Origin: Tubulanus polymorphus
Lineage: Eukaryota > Animalia > Nemertea
DNA: 64,000 nucleotides
Reading direction: 5' to 3'
NCBI RefSeq assembly: GCF_964204645.1
Contig: NC_134028.1
Location: 6,324,001-6,388,000, forward strand
In this document: one piece after another, positions 1 to 13,900 of the stretch
How positions within the stretch are numbered: the stretch's first letter is position 1
How the letters are laid out: every line of letters begins with the position of its first letter
Made by a program: the position numbers and the translations under genes
The notes under the pieces: generated by a model
Databases searched by the model: none
Told to the model about the DNA's origin: nothing
What the model saw: the letters and a program-made list of their open reading frames with translations, nothing else

Positions 1-863
1 GCGCGACGTTCTCGCTCTTTCCTCAGTTTATTTTGATTGTACTTATTGCGTCCGCGTTGATAGATCGGTTTCTGCACTTTCGCCGTGTCGACGAGCTGGA
101 ACGAACTTTCATCTTCCTCGTGGTAGTACGCGTAGTGACTTCCGGCGCCGAACTGTGACTGGTATTTATCTGTATGAAGAAAATGTCGAGTTGATCAAAA
201 TCTTTAAAAACCTTCCTCTTAAAATTGTTCCAAAGCTCTTCTATGTACTCACTTATAGCTCTTCTGTCTTGATAAAGCGTACCAGTCCAATCTGATACCT
301 GGAACGAAAAGAAAATGAAACATCTCTAAAGTCTGCAAGGTGGTATAGTTTCATGAAGCTAATAAAATGGGTCAGGGGCACACAATACAGAATCTTATAA
401 AGGGTCATAAGTCAGGTGCAAATATCTGAAGTCATAGTCAAGAAAGTATTAACACAAGCAGGGACTTCAGGTTTACCAGCATGGGAACAGGGATGGGAGG
501 GAGGCAAGTCCTTTTCTTTTTTGATGTAATTGATGACAGAACGAACAGCAGCGTTAATTTGCCCAAAGTTAGGCTATCTATAAATTCAGCAATTAATTAA
601 TTAAAGATTGACAGAGGTTAAAAGACCAATCGCTTATTGTTTTATCTGGGCGTATATCACAGAAACCGCATATGGAAGGAATTAAATTTCTTATGGCGCC
701 ACCTGACGGCTGATAATCTATTCTAACTGGGACGACGAACCTTTCCGAGTCGATCGCCTTTCGAGAACGGCTGGTAGGGCATATCTTTGTACTGCTCCGG
801 TTCCCCAGATGGACCCCATCCATCAGGATTATTCTGAATCATAGGTGGTATAAAATGAGCCAT
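1..863 (-). CDS. EIF3D: Eukaryotic translation initiation factor 3 subunit D, 5' part (continues beyond the window start)
   Basis: Exons 863-741, 298-253, 169-<1 with GT-AG boundaries translate to [87 protein letters not shown], closely matching the eIF3d N-terminus. Confidence 0.97.
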
Positions 864-1926
864 ATTTGAGCGTTAATTCAGACTTATCCACTGAACATAT
901 GCCGGTCTCTGTCACTTCCGCGTGTGGAATATGGCCGCCGGTTATAAAGTACGCGCAGTCAATTAATTAAATTCAATTTATATTTATTGACGCTTTTGGT
1001 TTCAAATACATCATCAATACAGGTCAATCTAACAAGACAACAAAAGGAACGAATTAACATTAAAAATGATATTGAAAGAGACGGTGGCGTGATCAATCTC
1101 CCGTCCTTCACCCAATCAATCTAACACTAACAGCTCATACAATCGCAACTGACGTTATAAAAGATAAACATAAAAAGTAGCAAAATTTAGGCCTATTGTA
1201 AGATGAACGAAATAACAGATCAAAAGCGTTAGAGCCAAGGCCGCTTCTTAAAGATGTCATGAAGCGATACCCGAAGTATCTGATGCCCACACCGATTGTC
1301 CACAACTTTTTTTGGTAAGTTTCTTGATTATTTTCCAATAAATAAGCTCGTTTTTCAGACTGCATCCCCTTATTAAGTTCTTATTTGTAAGGTGCTTAAT
1401 GTACAATAATTTAATTACTATCAATTGATACAAAATAAGTCCCAAAGGACGGTCAATGCACCGGTTTCGTTTTTGTGTGTGCAGGGTGTTCATTTGTCAA
1501 TTCAACGTAAATGAAATAATTTATTTGCTTGCTGAAGGGGCTTAACCACATTTGGTGGTTATCATATAGGGGATTTAGGAATAAACATACAAAAGTATGC
1601 CTGTTCAAGGTTTCAGAGCGACTGCAATTTATCTATCCCTGTTTGACCTAACTACTAACATAAAACTATTCTTTACTTTGACTTTGTTTAAATGCTTGTC
1701 TCACTCCTCAGTGGAAAGTGGGGAAAGTGGCCTAAACTGCAGTTAGACATGTCTGGATAGGCCTATCAGATGATGTTAGTAGGAGCCTGTAGTAATTAAC
1801 ACTAACTAATTGATGAATCGGAATAGGCCCACGGCACAGAGCAGGGATGCTACCTATTTGTATCACTTCACTATTTCAAAACTATAAATTTTTGGATTTT
1901 GTGAAATTTCAGATTTGTCACCGACC

Positions 1927-4900
1927 ATGTCGTCGAGCAAAGAAAGTGCCGAGTTGGCGAATTGTACCGTTCAAGAACTAAAAGAGATATGCGTTGAAAT
2001 GAATTTACCGGTAACCGGACGTAAGGCGCAGTTGATTGAAAGAATTATCGAGGCTGACTCGACTAAGAATCAGGAGACCGAACAGAATGAGTGCGCTATT
2101 ATTGACAATGGTGGTAAGTATTTACTTCGAATACATTCCCTGGGAAAATACACTATAGCCATATTGCTTTTGGCTAGGCAGATAACGCCCGAATCGACTT
2201 TTGGTAGGGGCGCCGTAACATAGCGCCATCTGGCGAGACGCCATCATCTTTTTGCTTGGCGCTTGTTCTCTAGAGAACGTGTTTCGGCAGTGCTCGTAAA
2301 TCGGTTAAAATTCTTCGCGTTGGATCGGACATCCGTTCTAATTGATATAAGAAACAGACATAAGAGTGATTGATCTCGGAATAGAAGTCGAACTTCGGGT
2401 GAGATCGTTTTTAATTTATGCGCATTTCAACATTTTGCCACCGGTTTTCTACTCTCGGTTTCGCGGGAGCGCCGTGCTGTTTTCTTAGCGGCTCCTCCCG
2501 CCTTATATATTAAATAATTATCATTCAACGTAATTGATTTCCGTCTCATCATTCACGAAAATTAATAATCTGTACTAAAAATGGTATCAATAATTAACCC
2601 TTCATTTCAGCTTATTTTTGAACAAAATTGTAATTTTGGTTTGATATTTAATTAGTATAAGGCTCAAAGAAGCCAAGGTTATGTCAATTTAGTTTCAGTA
2701 TAGTGCTCAAACAAGTCATGGAATTAAGTGAGGTCATTGAAATGCTTTGTTGCAGACCTGGATCTAGGGTTTTCAAAGGGGGCTGGGTGCTCTGCTGGTC
2801 ATACCCCAGAAAATCTAGGTATTAGTCTAATTTTCATGCATTCTGAGCAGTTTTAGGCTTTGCTTAATCATCTTACCTGTATGTTGAAAACATAGGGCAT
2901 ATTTCGAAATGTAGTGTTTCTGAAAAAACTGAAACATACAAATAATATTTTCTAGCACCCCCTCCCTGGATCTGTGCTTGTGTTGCATCCTGGATGGAGG
3001 TACTTACTGACTTAAACATGATCTCAACAAAATTATTGTTTTTCTTTTTAGCATCTGATGAAACCGAAATTGATGAAAACAAAAATGATATTGATGTGAG
3101 TAGATATTTTTTCCAGATATTATACAAAATAAATTGCTCTTTACTCAGCGCAGTGAAAGGCTTGGAAAACTGTTCAACTTACAAAGATTTTTTGTTAGAA
3201 ATTTCTCAGATTCTCAACTCCGTATTTAGCTTTCATTTTGCGAGGTAGAATTTCTGAATTTTGCTCGAATTCAATTTTAGGATGAATTATTGGAGGATAC
3301 GGATACTGACGCTAAAGATGATGGCGTAGATGATGATGTGTTGGATACAGAAGGTTCGTTGTTAAAATTGTCATCTTATTTTTAGCTCAATGGGGACTCA
3401 ATTCCAAGCAGGCTATAGGGTTAACATTTTGTCTATCCGTAGGCGGAATCCATTTATTTTTGGGAAGTTTTGAAGACACTTGAAGTGACTTCAATGGATA
3501 AGTCTAAATATTTGTGTTGTACTCTAGACACATCTGTAGCCCAAAAACTGGCCTGGTTAGAATCTGATAGCCCTTAATATAACTGGTAGCCCTTAATATT
3601 CACCAAAATCAGCACCTTTTACATATTTTTGAAGTTTTTAAACAAAATTTGGAAGACGCTTCGATCAATTTTCATGACTTTTCATATGAAGTACCCTTAG
3701 CTCTGTCATTATCTACTTGCCAATTTCCAAAGACAGTGCAAAATTACTTATGAAATGTGAGGATTAATTTATTGAAAGTTGCAATAAGTTCTTATAGATT
3801 CTTTCAACCTAATATGGTATATGACAAAAAAATTGAAAGCTATTAGCATTAACAGTTATTTCCGATTTTATATTTTAGATGTGGCGGAGTTAGCGGAAAC
3901 TGGCGAAAAACCGAAACCTGTAGGGGAATGTCGTTTGTCCGAAACGAGCGACGGAATAACAGCCGATACCGGGGAAGATTTTAACAATGAGGAAACAAAA
4001 TGCGAATTAAATGATGATGGAATCCCAGTAGGTGATGATTTACTGGAAGTGTAAGTGAAAGTTATGCCGCTTTTAGTTTAATCGAGGACAATTGCCCCCC
4101 CATTTTTTCAATGGAAAACCATAAACTTACTACAATATTACTAAGAAATCATTCACAGTTAGAAAGTAACACCATTTGAATGGAATCCACCCAGTCTTAG
4201 TTAAAGCAAATTAGCCATTATTTCACGTCACACTTATTGACGCAAATATTTATTTTGAATTCAAACACCCAGTGTGTGTAGATTTAAAATTGGCTCACAA
4301 TGCAGGAATTGGGTTTGTTTACGTATATGAGAAAGTAAACTCCTTAAACACGTTGCTACATTATTATGTACGGCCAAATATCGATATTGCTGGAAGTTCG
4401 GTTGAAAATATATGTGGTCAGTTGATAAAGTGGTATGGCCATGGATATAGCGGCAGTACCACTTGGTATGGCCTTGAGTTCACCGGAAATGTGAGTATAT
4501 GAATAAGGCGGATTTAATGTTACAGAGTCGACGATGAATTATCTGCCATGACCGAAGATCAGTTCATCGAGAAACAACCGTCCGGTTTATCAAGGTGTCG
4601 ATTGTGTAATTTCTTCTCGTCTAATAGTGAAGTAAGTTGCTACATTAAAAGAAACCGTTTCATTCTTATGTAATACTGGTTTTAGACGCTGCAACGTTCA
4701 GTTGAGCCTACTTGAGCAGGATCCACTTTCTCATGAAGGTTGAACTCAAAAATTAATTTTAGATAAAGAATTTATCGATTTAAGAGTTTAACTATTTCGT
4801 GAAAATTTGTCCCGAGTCTTCTGTACCAGAGTCTTCTATGTTATATTTGGCGCATACTTTTAGGCGTTTCAAGGACACATTGATTCGGAAACTCATAAAC

Positions 4901-7900
4901 AACGATTTATGGACACGAAAAGTGGCAAAATAGGTATATTTTTGTTTACCAAAAATACATTTTTGATGCGCAAAATAGATGATTCAGTGTAGTAAGAATA
5001 ATAAATGCATATTAAATCTTCTGTTTGTAGATTTGAAGAAGTTGGAAACTTTCTGCGAGGTAGGTCGTTACACTTCAAAAGCATTCATGATACAGTTCCT
5101 TTAAGCCATGGCGAGAACTATGCTGAAATTTTTGAAAATATATTTCATTGTCTGCTAGGCGATGTGATCAAAACTTCGTTTACATACAATCTAAATATTT
5201 AGCCAATCTTGACGAAAACGAATGACTGAAATTTTTGATTTCTTGATTTTGAATGTTCAAAGATGTTGGACGTTTTATTTGTAGGTGTGTAACTACAGCG
5301 TACCGATAGAACGATTCGACGCTCATTGTCAACGAAATGAGAAGCATCGACTGGTAAATAGAATAAACTAAAAAATCTGTGCAGAGAAAATGAATCGTTA
5401 ATTTCCGATTGCATTTAATCTAATAACAAAGAAGAAAACTCATATACATGTATTTAGTCTTTTGTAACAATTTTACTCAGTTACCTCGTACTTGATGAAT
5501 TATTTTCATTGTATTTTATGTAATCATTACCTCACCAGAAACACAGGTGCCTTTACATATGGTCTATACTGACAGTATCACCCTGCTGAAAATTGCCAAA
5601 ATGACCCCTTTTGATGCTGGTGTACCATTTTAACCAACCGGTAAATGGTTGCGATGATTTTATGCCGTGGGTAGCACTCTATTCTCAACCTTTTAATTCA
5701 CTGATATATTTGCCTCCAGCTTAAGCGAGATTGACATCCTCAAAACCATTTGAAGCCTGTGATCTTCCAGTAATGTACTGCTCGAGAGTGGGGCCAAGCC
5801 TCGAACGGACACATACATGTAAACAACAACATCAGTGAATAAATCTTGAAAAAATCGTCACCATGTCGCGTTTATACTAAGCCCAAAAAATGAGCAGTAC
5901 GGTAGTTTCCCTGATCGACCCGACTTAGGTGGCAACTGTCGACCAATCTCAAAAGAGGCACTAAAATCCCACGTGTATTTTATTTCAGCTCAAAGCTATA
6001 ACTACAGAAAGCGATGAGTAAACTAACTCGCTCGCACTTAGTGAAAAGATCTCGCCTCTTACCTACTCATGACTTAGTACAATCGAATTTGTGTTTCTTT
6101 TCTAGATCGAATCAATAATGGAAGCCGGAGGTAAGTGAACCAAACGTTGGTTCAATCAGAGACTATTCAGATACATATGCGCGGACAGTGTCCTCCTTCG
6201 TAGTGTACGTACGTTCGTCCGTCTGCTCGATTTGACGTCTACACGAAGACCGATGACACGTACCTCACACATATACACGAAGACCGGTGGCGTCAACTCT
6301 ACCGCTTACACGAAGACCGATGACGTCGTCATATTTCGTGTGCATCTGTAGTCGTCTATCTGCTGTTCGAATTGTCTTCAGCATCGATCACTTCGTGGAT
6401 TTTCGGCTTTTCCATCGGTCGCTTCAAAGCGATTTACAACGGCGAAAGTAGATCAACATAACCCATCAAATCATCGGAAAATACTGCCTAAGCAAAGTCT
6501 GTGAAAGATCAGATAGTTGCCTACATTCTTTAAATTGTGGGCACATTTTCGCCGCAAAGTTATTTTTAGCTGAGACTTGCTGAATTTGTCTTCGAATATC
6601 TTGTTGCTGATGAGCGCTTCGCAGAATTCACAATCCCTACAAAAATGATTCCATTAGTTGTGGCAGGGCAAACAATTGTTTAGCCCGGATTCACATTTTA
6701 GTGCGCGACTCGTTCTTGCCTTAGCCAACAAGCTTTACGCAAAATCTCAATCTGGTGAAAACCAGGTACTGGCTATGAAAAATCAAGACATGGTTTTTTG
6801 GGTGGTTTTACGGAACTTTCAGTTACAAGCCAGTTCGCTGTATATCCAGAGTACCGACCATAGATCACTTTGATCTAATTTTTAAAGTTCCATGATCTTT
6901 CTACGCAGACCCAATGAGATATGATCTTCTCTCTAGAAAATATCTTTTACAGGTATTTGAAAGTTGAGTTAGAAAAATTGATGCCATTAAAATAAGGCCC
7001 TGGGCAATAGGTTTCAATCTTTTGCCTAAGACTCATGTTGAATGTTCATATTTCAAACGTAGTCACTAGGGGGTAGCTTTCAACTGCATAGGTATTTTTG
7101 GTGATCATCTGACCCGGTAAACACTGATCACCTTTCTGAATTATTGTCATCCAACATCCATTTCATTGCACGAGTCTTCAACTGCATTGCGGTAAGATAA
7201 TACATAACTCATGATCTGATACTGTGTTCCTGGTAAGATATTCTTAGGATGTATAGACAAGAAGGGGTGATTATTCTACCAGTGACCTAGATAAATCCCT
7301 CATTCACTCAAATGAACATGTCTATCCAAGTAGGAACTCTTAACATAATTCAATGTTATGTATGATGGAAGCATTGCGCAAGTTTGAAGTTTGCCGAGGA
7401 CCTCTTAATAGTTGGGAGACTGATAATGAACAACATCAAAAAGAAGGTTTGCTGGCCCTCCTGCCCCTCCCTCCAGAGCAAAAACCTCCAAATCCATGCT
7501 TTTAGCAACCCTAAAGGAGGTCCTCACTCAGAAACAGGAAGGCCATGAGTTCATTATTAGAACCACAATTGAAAACAGCTTTTCATTCATCTTCATTTCA
7601 TTAAAAGGGACGGATTAAATCTATGATGATTATGTTATGCAATTGAATTTGATCGACAAGAATTCTTTTCAACAATTGCAATGGTTTCATGGTTTAAACA
7701 AAAGCCCGGCAACTCGAGCTAGAGTCTAAGAAAACCACTACTACGTGAAATTTTTCACTTTACATCTTTGATTGAAAACTTAAGTCAGTCATAGAGGCCA
7801 ACATCAATAAAATGTCATTCAAAAAGTCATCTCCAAAGTTGTAGATCCCATCTACACACAAGCCTTGCCTTGATCTGTGTCCAAGGACTATATCACTAGT

Positions 7901-10900
7901 TTCAATATAAATATTGATTGCCTGAAATTCCCCTACTGCGGCTAAATAGATGATAGACGTCATTTGAATATCAAGAACATCTCATTTCCTGAACTCTTAG
8001 CATTGCCACCAACGATCTCTTGTATATGGACTAGTCATATATGAAATGTCATTAGTAGAGGTCTTGCTAGTGACAAAAGTTTGTTTTTCAGCCAGTGCCA
8101 GAGACTTGCCATACATAACAACAAAAGATGATCGATGAATTGACAAACTTCTGAGTCATGCTAACCACCTATTGCGTTTGCCAACCAATGCGGTATAGTC
8201 CCATCAAAAAAAGTTCATGACTGCAAGGCAACCATAGGTTTTAGAGCGCAACTATTGCCTTCTACGGGAATAGACTTGAAGAGCAACTACTGTAGAAACC
8301 CTCCTCCTTGGACATCATACACAAATCATCAAGGGATTCTCACACATACTTTTTATATTCCAATCGTGTAATCACTGATTTGTCGTTTGTTTCAGCTAAA
8401 ATCTGACGAACACCATTTTCGATAGTATATTCATTAGTTTACGTCGTCTTATTTTCAGGTCCAAAAGTCGACCTACAAAAACCTCGGATTCAACCGGAAA
8501 TCGACGCTATTAATAAGAAAGATGATCCTGTCTTGGGTATGTATAAAACAATACCACTAGGACAGGTTTGCCGCGTATTTACCTGGAAATCAGGGAATTT
8601 TCTGTTCTTGAAAAAAGTCGGGACGCTATTTTGTGATTGCTACATCATGCATGTAATCAAACCATCCATGTGACGCTGTTCATTTACTGGATTCTTAGCA
8701 GATCGAGTCGGGAGACAATGTCAGAGAATAGATAGGGATAAGTCAGGAAAAAAGTATTTCGAATAAAAGCGGCCACCCTGTAGGAGTTTCAAAAAAGATA
8801 AGCGATGAAATTGTAAGATTGATATTTTCATGATTTTCATTTCAGGCCTACGAGGAATCAGAGAATTGTTCGACGCGATGGATTTGAAGAATCCGAAATT
8901 CAAATACTTGTGCAACATCTGCAGTTTGTATGATGTGTCGATGGAAGAAATGATGGATCATGTTCGAAGTTTAAGACATCGCATGGGTTTCCTGGTATGT
9001 TTCTTACAGGCACAGTATTATTATTCCCTTATGGAGGTCAGGACCAAAAATGTGCTTAAAAACCAGTCCTGTTGGTAATTTAGCAGAATGGAATGGATTT
9101 TATTCGGCAAAAGCCACCCTGAAAAATTGTTCTTAACTCCAACCTGTCCAGCCCCTAAATCTGCCCTTGGCAAAGATATCGAAAATTGTGGGTTTAGGTT
9201 CTTATAAACTCTGTCTAATCAAAATGAATGGCGTGATTCATGTTTGCAGAAACGTTTTGACCCACGCGGTATAACAACAATGGAGGCCATCGTTAAGTTG
9301 TACAACTCATCGGTTGCCAGAGGCTGCAAACCGATGACGTTTCCCGAAGAGATCGAAACCTACATTAAACGAAACGCCGATCGATTCTACCTGAAAGCGG
9401 AGGTGGCGGTGGCGTTGAAATGGAGCGATCCGACGCGCAAAGACACCCGTCAAGAATCGAACAACAGCAAACGCACTTCAAGAGGACATAGAGATAGAGA
9501 TGTAAGAAATTTATCCACAGGGTGGCAATGTACCTGAAACAGGGAAAAGTCCTGGAATTTTCTTTAAAAAAAAGGCAGCTAATTTTGTAAAAAAAAAAGC
9601 CAAAAATCCGGAAATTCGTTCAGATTGCTTGATCCCCCTTAAAATCAAACAGTTTCCGTCTATGTCTTACATGTTTTACTCTTTTAATTGATTGGATTCT
9701 TAACAGATTAAGTCAGGGAAAATCGACGTGCATGTCAGGGAAAAGTCAGGGGAAAAGCAAGTCAAATGAAAGTGGCCAACCTGATTCATTCTTGTATTAG
9801 TCGTGCATAAAATGGTATTTATTTATTGAATTCTATATTGTTATAGTCTAAAGATGATTCTCATTCGAAAAATAAAGAATCTAAACATTCTGACAACAAA
9901 TCTGATAAACCTACACCGAAGAAGGAGAAGGCTGCACCCACGAAGGAGAAGCCCTCACCAAAGGAGAAATCTCTGCCTAAAGGGAAACCAGTGTCGAAGG
10001 AGAATGTTGAGAAATCGAATGAAGCCAAAATTGGGATCAAAGATGAAGAAAAGCCTGTGGTGGATATGGTTAAGATTGAGGAAGTTAAGAAAGAAGATGC
10101 TGCAAAAGAGTCTACCGACATAGTTGTAATTGAAGCTGACGTTGAGGAGGACAATGAAGAGGAGAATCTGGTAAAAGATGAAGATGAAGATGTGAAATTA
10201 AAAGTCGAGCATGAGACACCGGAAAAGCCGTCTGCCGAGAAATCGCCAGCAGGCGGTAAAGATGAGAAGTCGTACGGAAGCGGTAAAGAATCGAAGGAGA
10301 GATCACCGGCGAGTAGTAAAGAATCGAGAGAAAAATCCGGCGCTGATCGAAATCGAGGCCGCCGAGACAGCAGACGCGATTCGTCGGGAACCAATCGCTC
10401 GTCGTCGAGCAGAGGAGGCCGGTCGGCGACCGGTAACAATAATAATACGAATCGAAGTCGCTGGTCGTCGGAGAGGAGTCAACGACCGCGAAACGATCGC
10501 AGTCGTTCGCGCGGCGGAAATCAACGAAACACGACGCACACGTCTGCCGCGAGAAATAATCGTCCAGGTGAGATTATTGTTGATATTTATCATGGATGCC
10601 CTTGACCTGGAAATCTCTGCGAATCAGGAAAGTCTAGAAAAAAATAAGGAAAAACTCGGGGAATTTGACAAATTTTACCAAAAACTTCAGGTCAGGTCCT
10701 ACGAACTGACATTCGATTTCACTTAGTTCACAAATAGTGCAATAACTAGTGTTTGCCCCTGAGTCGCTCACTTGCATGACTATTCAGTTTCTGAAAATAC
10801 TCTTTCGTTACAGCTCAGTCGTTGTTAGATCTGCCTTCGATGACGCCGATGGTTAGGTCGCCGTTGATTCCGATGGTTCCTCAGATGACGGCGTCGGGTC

Positions 10901-13900
10901 TGGCGTTGATGGCAGCCGCGCAGGCCCAGGCCGCACAAGCGCAAGCCGTTCAACAACAAACCCAGGCGTTGTTACAGATGCCGATGGTTTCGCGATCGGT
11001 CGAAATGGGTTCAGTGGCTCAAATTCAAGATAAACTCGAATGTCAAGGCCGACCGATGTTAGGTAAGCATCCGGATTAAGATAAAAGATTAATATTTCAA
11101 CATTTTGAACTCACTTTATCCAGATATTAGTTTCCGTTGGAATTATGATTTTCCTAATAAGTGTTTTCATTATTTGGAATAAAATAGGTAATAACCTTCA
11201 TTTGTGGACGCTTGAACAAGGTTACTGCAGCATACAGTCTTATGTTGCTCTAGCTTCACTTGTGGCTTATCGGGTATATTTTAAACAGGTTTACAGTACA
11301 TCGTTGAGTTCCAGTACATGAATTCGAACGCATCCCCTACGTACCTGTGTAAAACATGTAACGAGGACGTTACGGCCAACTTCTTGATCGATCACATCAG
11401 AAGTATCAATCACAGAATTAATTATCTAGTAAGTTAAAGTTAAGTTACAAAATCATAATCAGTCCTTACTATTATTATACCTTATCATTATTACTACTTG
11501 TCATTAAATTTTCGTTTATGCCCCCATTCATTATTCTACTTATTGTCATGTTCCATGGATTCCTTTTGTAATTTTGTATTCCTTTTAATTGATGATAGAA
11601 TGAATATCATTATTTTGTTTTGTCCTCTTATTGATCATCTGTCGCAACCAGAATTTAAACGCGTACCCACAAGACCAGTGATGATTGAATTAATGTCGTC
11701 TATTCTCTATATAGGTGGCGCATCACGGTCGTCATCATCGTTTGCTGGGACCGTATTTCAGCCACGACGATTTCCGCGGCAAAAGCAACGAAAGCGAAAT
11801 CATACGTCATCTGATGCAGCTGTCGTTAGAGGTCGATAAATTAGACGGCATCGGCAAATTACGAGTCGAACGAATACCGCCCACTTCGAAATTGTGGAAA
11901 AGATCCGATGATGTCGGTACGTACGAGAGAAATTCGAAGGATACTTGCTGTTTAGATTAGTCTGAACTTCAATTCATGCTCCCAAACTTGAGCAAAGAAA
12001 TTGAGGCGGTGGCCTCAAAAGAAGGAGGTGGCAAAAAATATTGAACCTCACCAATGACTTTAGAATTGTGTTCTAAAAAGAAAACAAGAATGAAAAAAAT
12101 TTTGATAACTTTTTCCCTATAGTCAAAGCATTGGGAGTGGACTATCAAGCCAGTAGTATCATATAAGATACAAGATACCCAGGCCCCTGGGGTCCAGGGC
12201 CAAACAAATGCATGCCCATTTCTTAGCTTACTGCCTAATGGACACCTAAATAAATTGGAATTCATGAAACGCTGAAGTATGAAATGTTTTTCAGTTATCG
12301 GTGGTAAACGCTCTTACAGTAGTTATACTGATGTTGGACCATCTCCGAAACGATCCGTTCAGCCATTGTTGAAAACCCCGCCTCAAAACCGCAGTTGGTA
12401 AGTGAACCCACAGGCAGCCAAGTTCTAAAGTAACCGATGTAAACCGACATCTTTACTTCAGTTACAAAACTGCAGTAACAAGGTTGTTGTTTTTGGTTTT
12501 TTCAGGAATGAAAGATCAGACAGTACAAGAGGTAAAATGTAATGGAAATATTGATGTTACTAACGAAAGACATTTCAACCCTAATGAGAAAGTAATGAAT
12601 GCCTTCGTACTGGACAGGCTGGTTTGGTCACTGACGTTGTACACATTGCAGAAATTTCATTCAATAAACTCAAAAATTCATAAAACCACTAACCTGGAAA
12701 TCAGGGAAAAGTCGAGGAATTTTCCTACATTTTCTTTTTCTTGAAACAAATTAGGAAATTTTGAGGAAAATGCTAAGATTCAGGGAATAGTCAGGGAAAT
12801 TTGTTGAGGTAGTTAGATAGCGCCCATAGTCAGTCTCACAGTTTCTGTCAATGTCCTATGTACTTCAATGTGTTAATTGATCCGATTCTTAGCAGATCAA
12901 GTCAGGAAAAACAACATGTATGTCAGGGAAAACTCAGGGACAAAGCAAATCAAATAAAAGTGGCTGGGCTGATAATTTGTCAAATGATATTCTACACTGG
13001 ACTAAAGCTCCTCGAATTGTGTTTTTTTTGTCCAGGAGGTACAGACAATCATCAACAGCAGCACGGTCGAACTAGAGACAGATACGACGACATAGATAAT
13101 AGATTTCACAGCAGTAGCAGCAGCAGCAGACGTTCACCTTCACCTGCCAGATACGACAGACGTCAAGATGATCGCTACGACGACCGGCAACGAAGCCATG
13201 CATATGTAAGTGTACGCGCTATGACACAATAGATTTACTTCATTTTATTCATAAATAGAACTGCACCTGGTTTTCCTAATTTGTGACTTTTGGCGAGAAA
13301 TTATCAGTGGGCCCCTTTACCTGGAAATCAGGGACTAGTGAGGGAATTTTGTAGAAAAGCTAAAAATCAGGGTCGTGGAATTATGTAAAGATTACTAGAT
13401 CGCGCATAAAATCAAACAGTTTTTGTCTTCTTATGTGTTTGACTGTTAATTGATAAATTCTTAGTAGATCATGTCGGTGGAAAAACAGGTCAAATGAATG
13501 AAAGTGGTAACCCTATTTATAGAAATACTGTTACCGAAACAGGACTTACCTTCAATTATATTGAAGAATTTCAGTCATATTTCGATGAAATCTTCTCTTA
13601 CCAATAGAAGTGATAACTGGTCAAATCGATCATTTATAGTCGCATGAATTCTTTTATTTCAGTCTTCCGATCAAAGCAATCTTCGTCAGGCATTTGATAA
13701 ATTTGTAAGTGGTTTATATTTCGATCATTTTAAAGTAGCATCGCACATTTCTCATAGTATTTAGAGTAAATGAAATTGTTTGCGCATTCGTGTTCTAGAC
13801 GCAAGACGTGGGAACCAGTGAGGCCGAAATGATTTTAAAGATTTCGAATGTCGTGGCCCAGTCAATGAAAAATCCTGGTGCCGATTCAGCTCGGATACAG

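Noticed and set aside
2340-2400. Faint U2 snRNA or 7SK resemblance on the minus strand
   Set aside because: Lacks the GTAGTA branch-point pairing sequence and a recognisable 5' end; the match is too weak.
6240-6327. CRISPR-like repeat-spacer pattern
   Set aside because: Only three short repeats with spacers under about 20 nt, no cas genes, and a eukaryotic intron context.
9861-10726. Long overlapping antisense and alternative-frame ORFs
   Set aside because: Shadows of the low-complexity coding exon; the same applies to those over the GPCR, toxins, SAMD8 and RGG exons.
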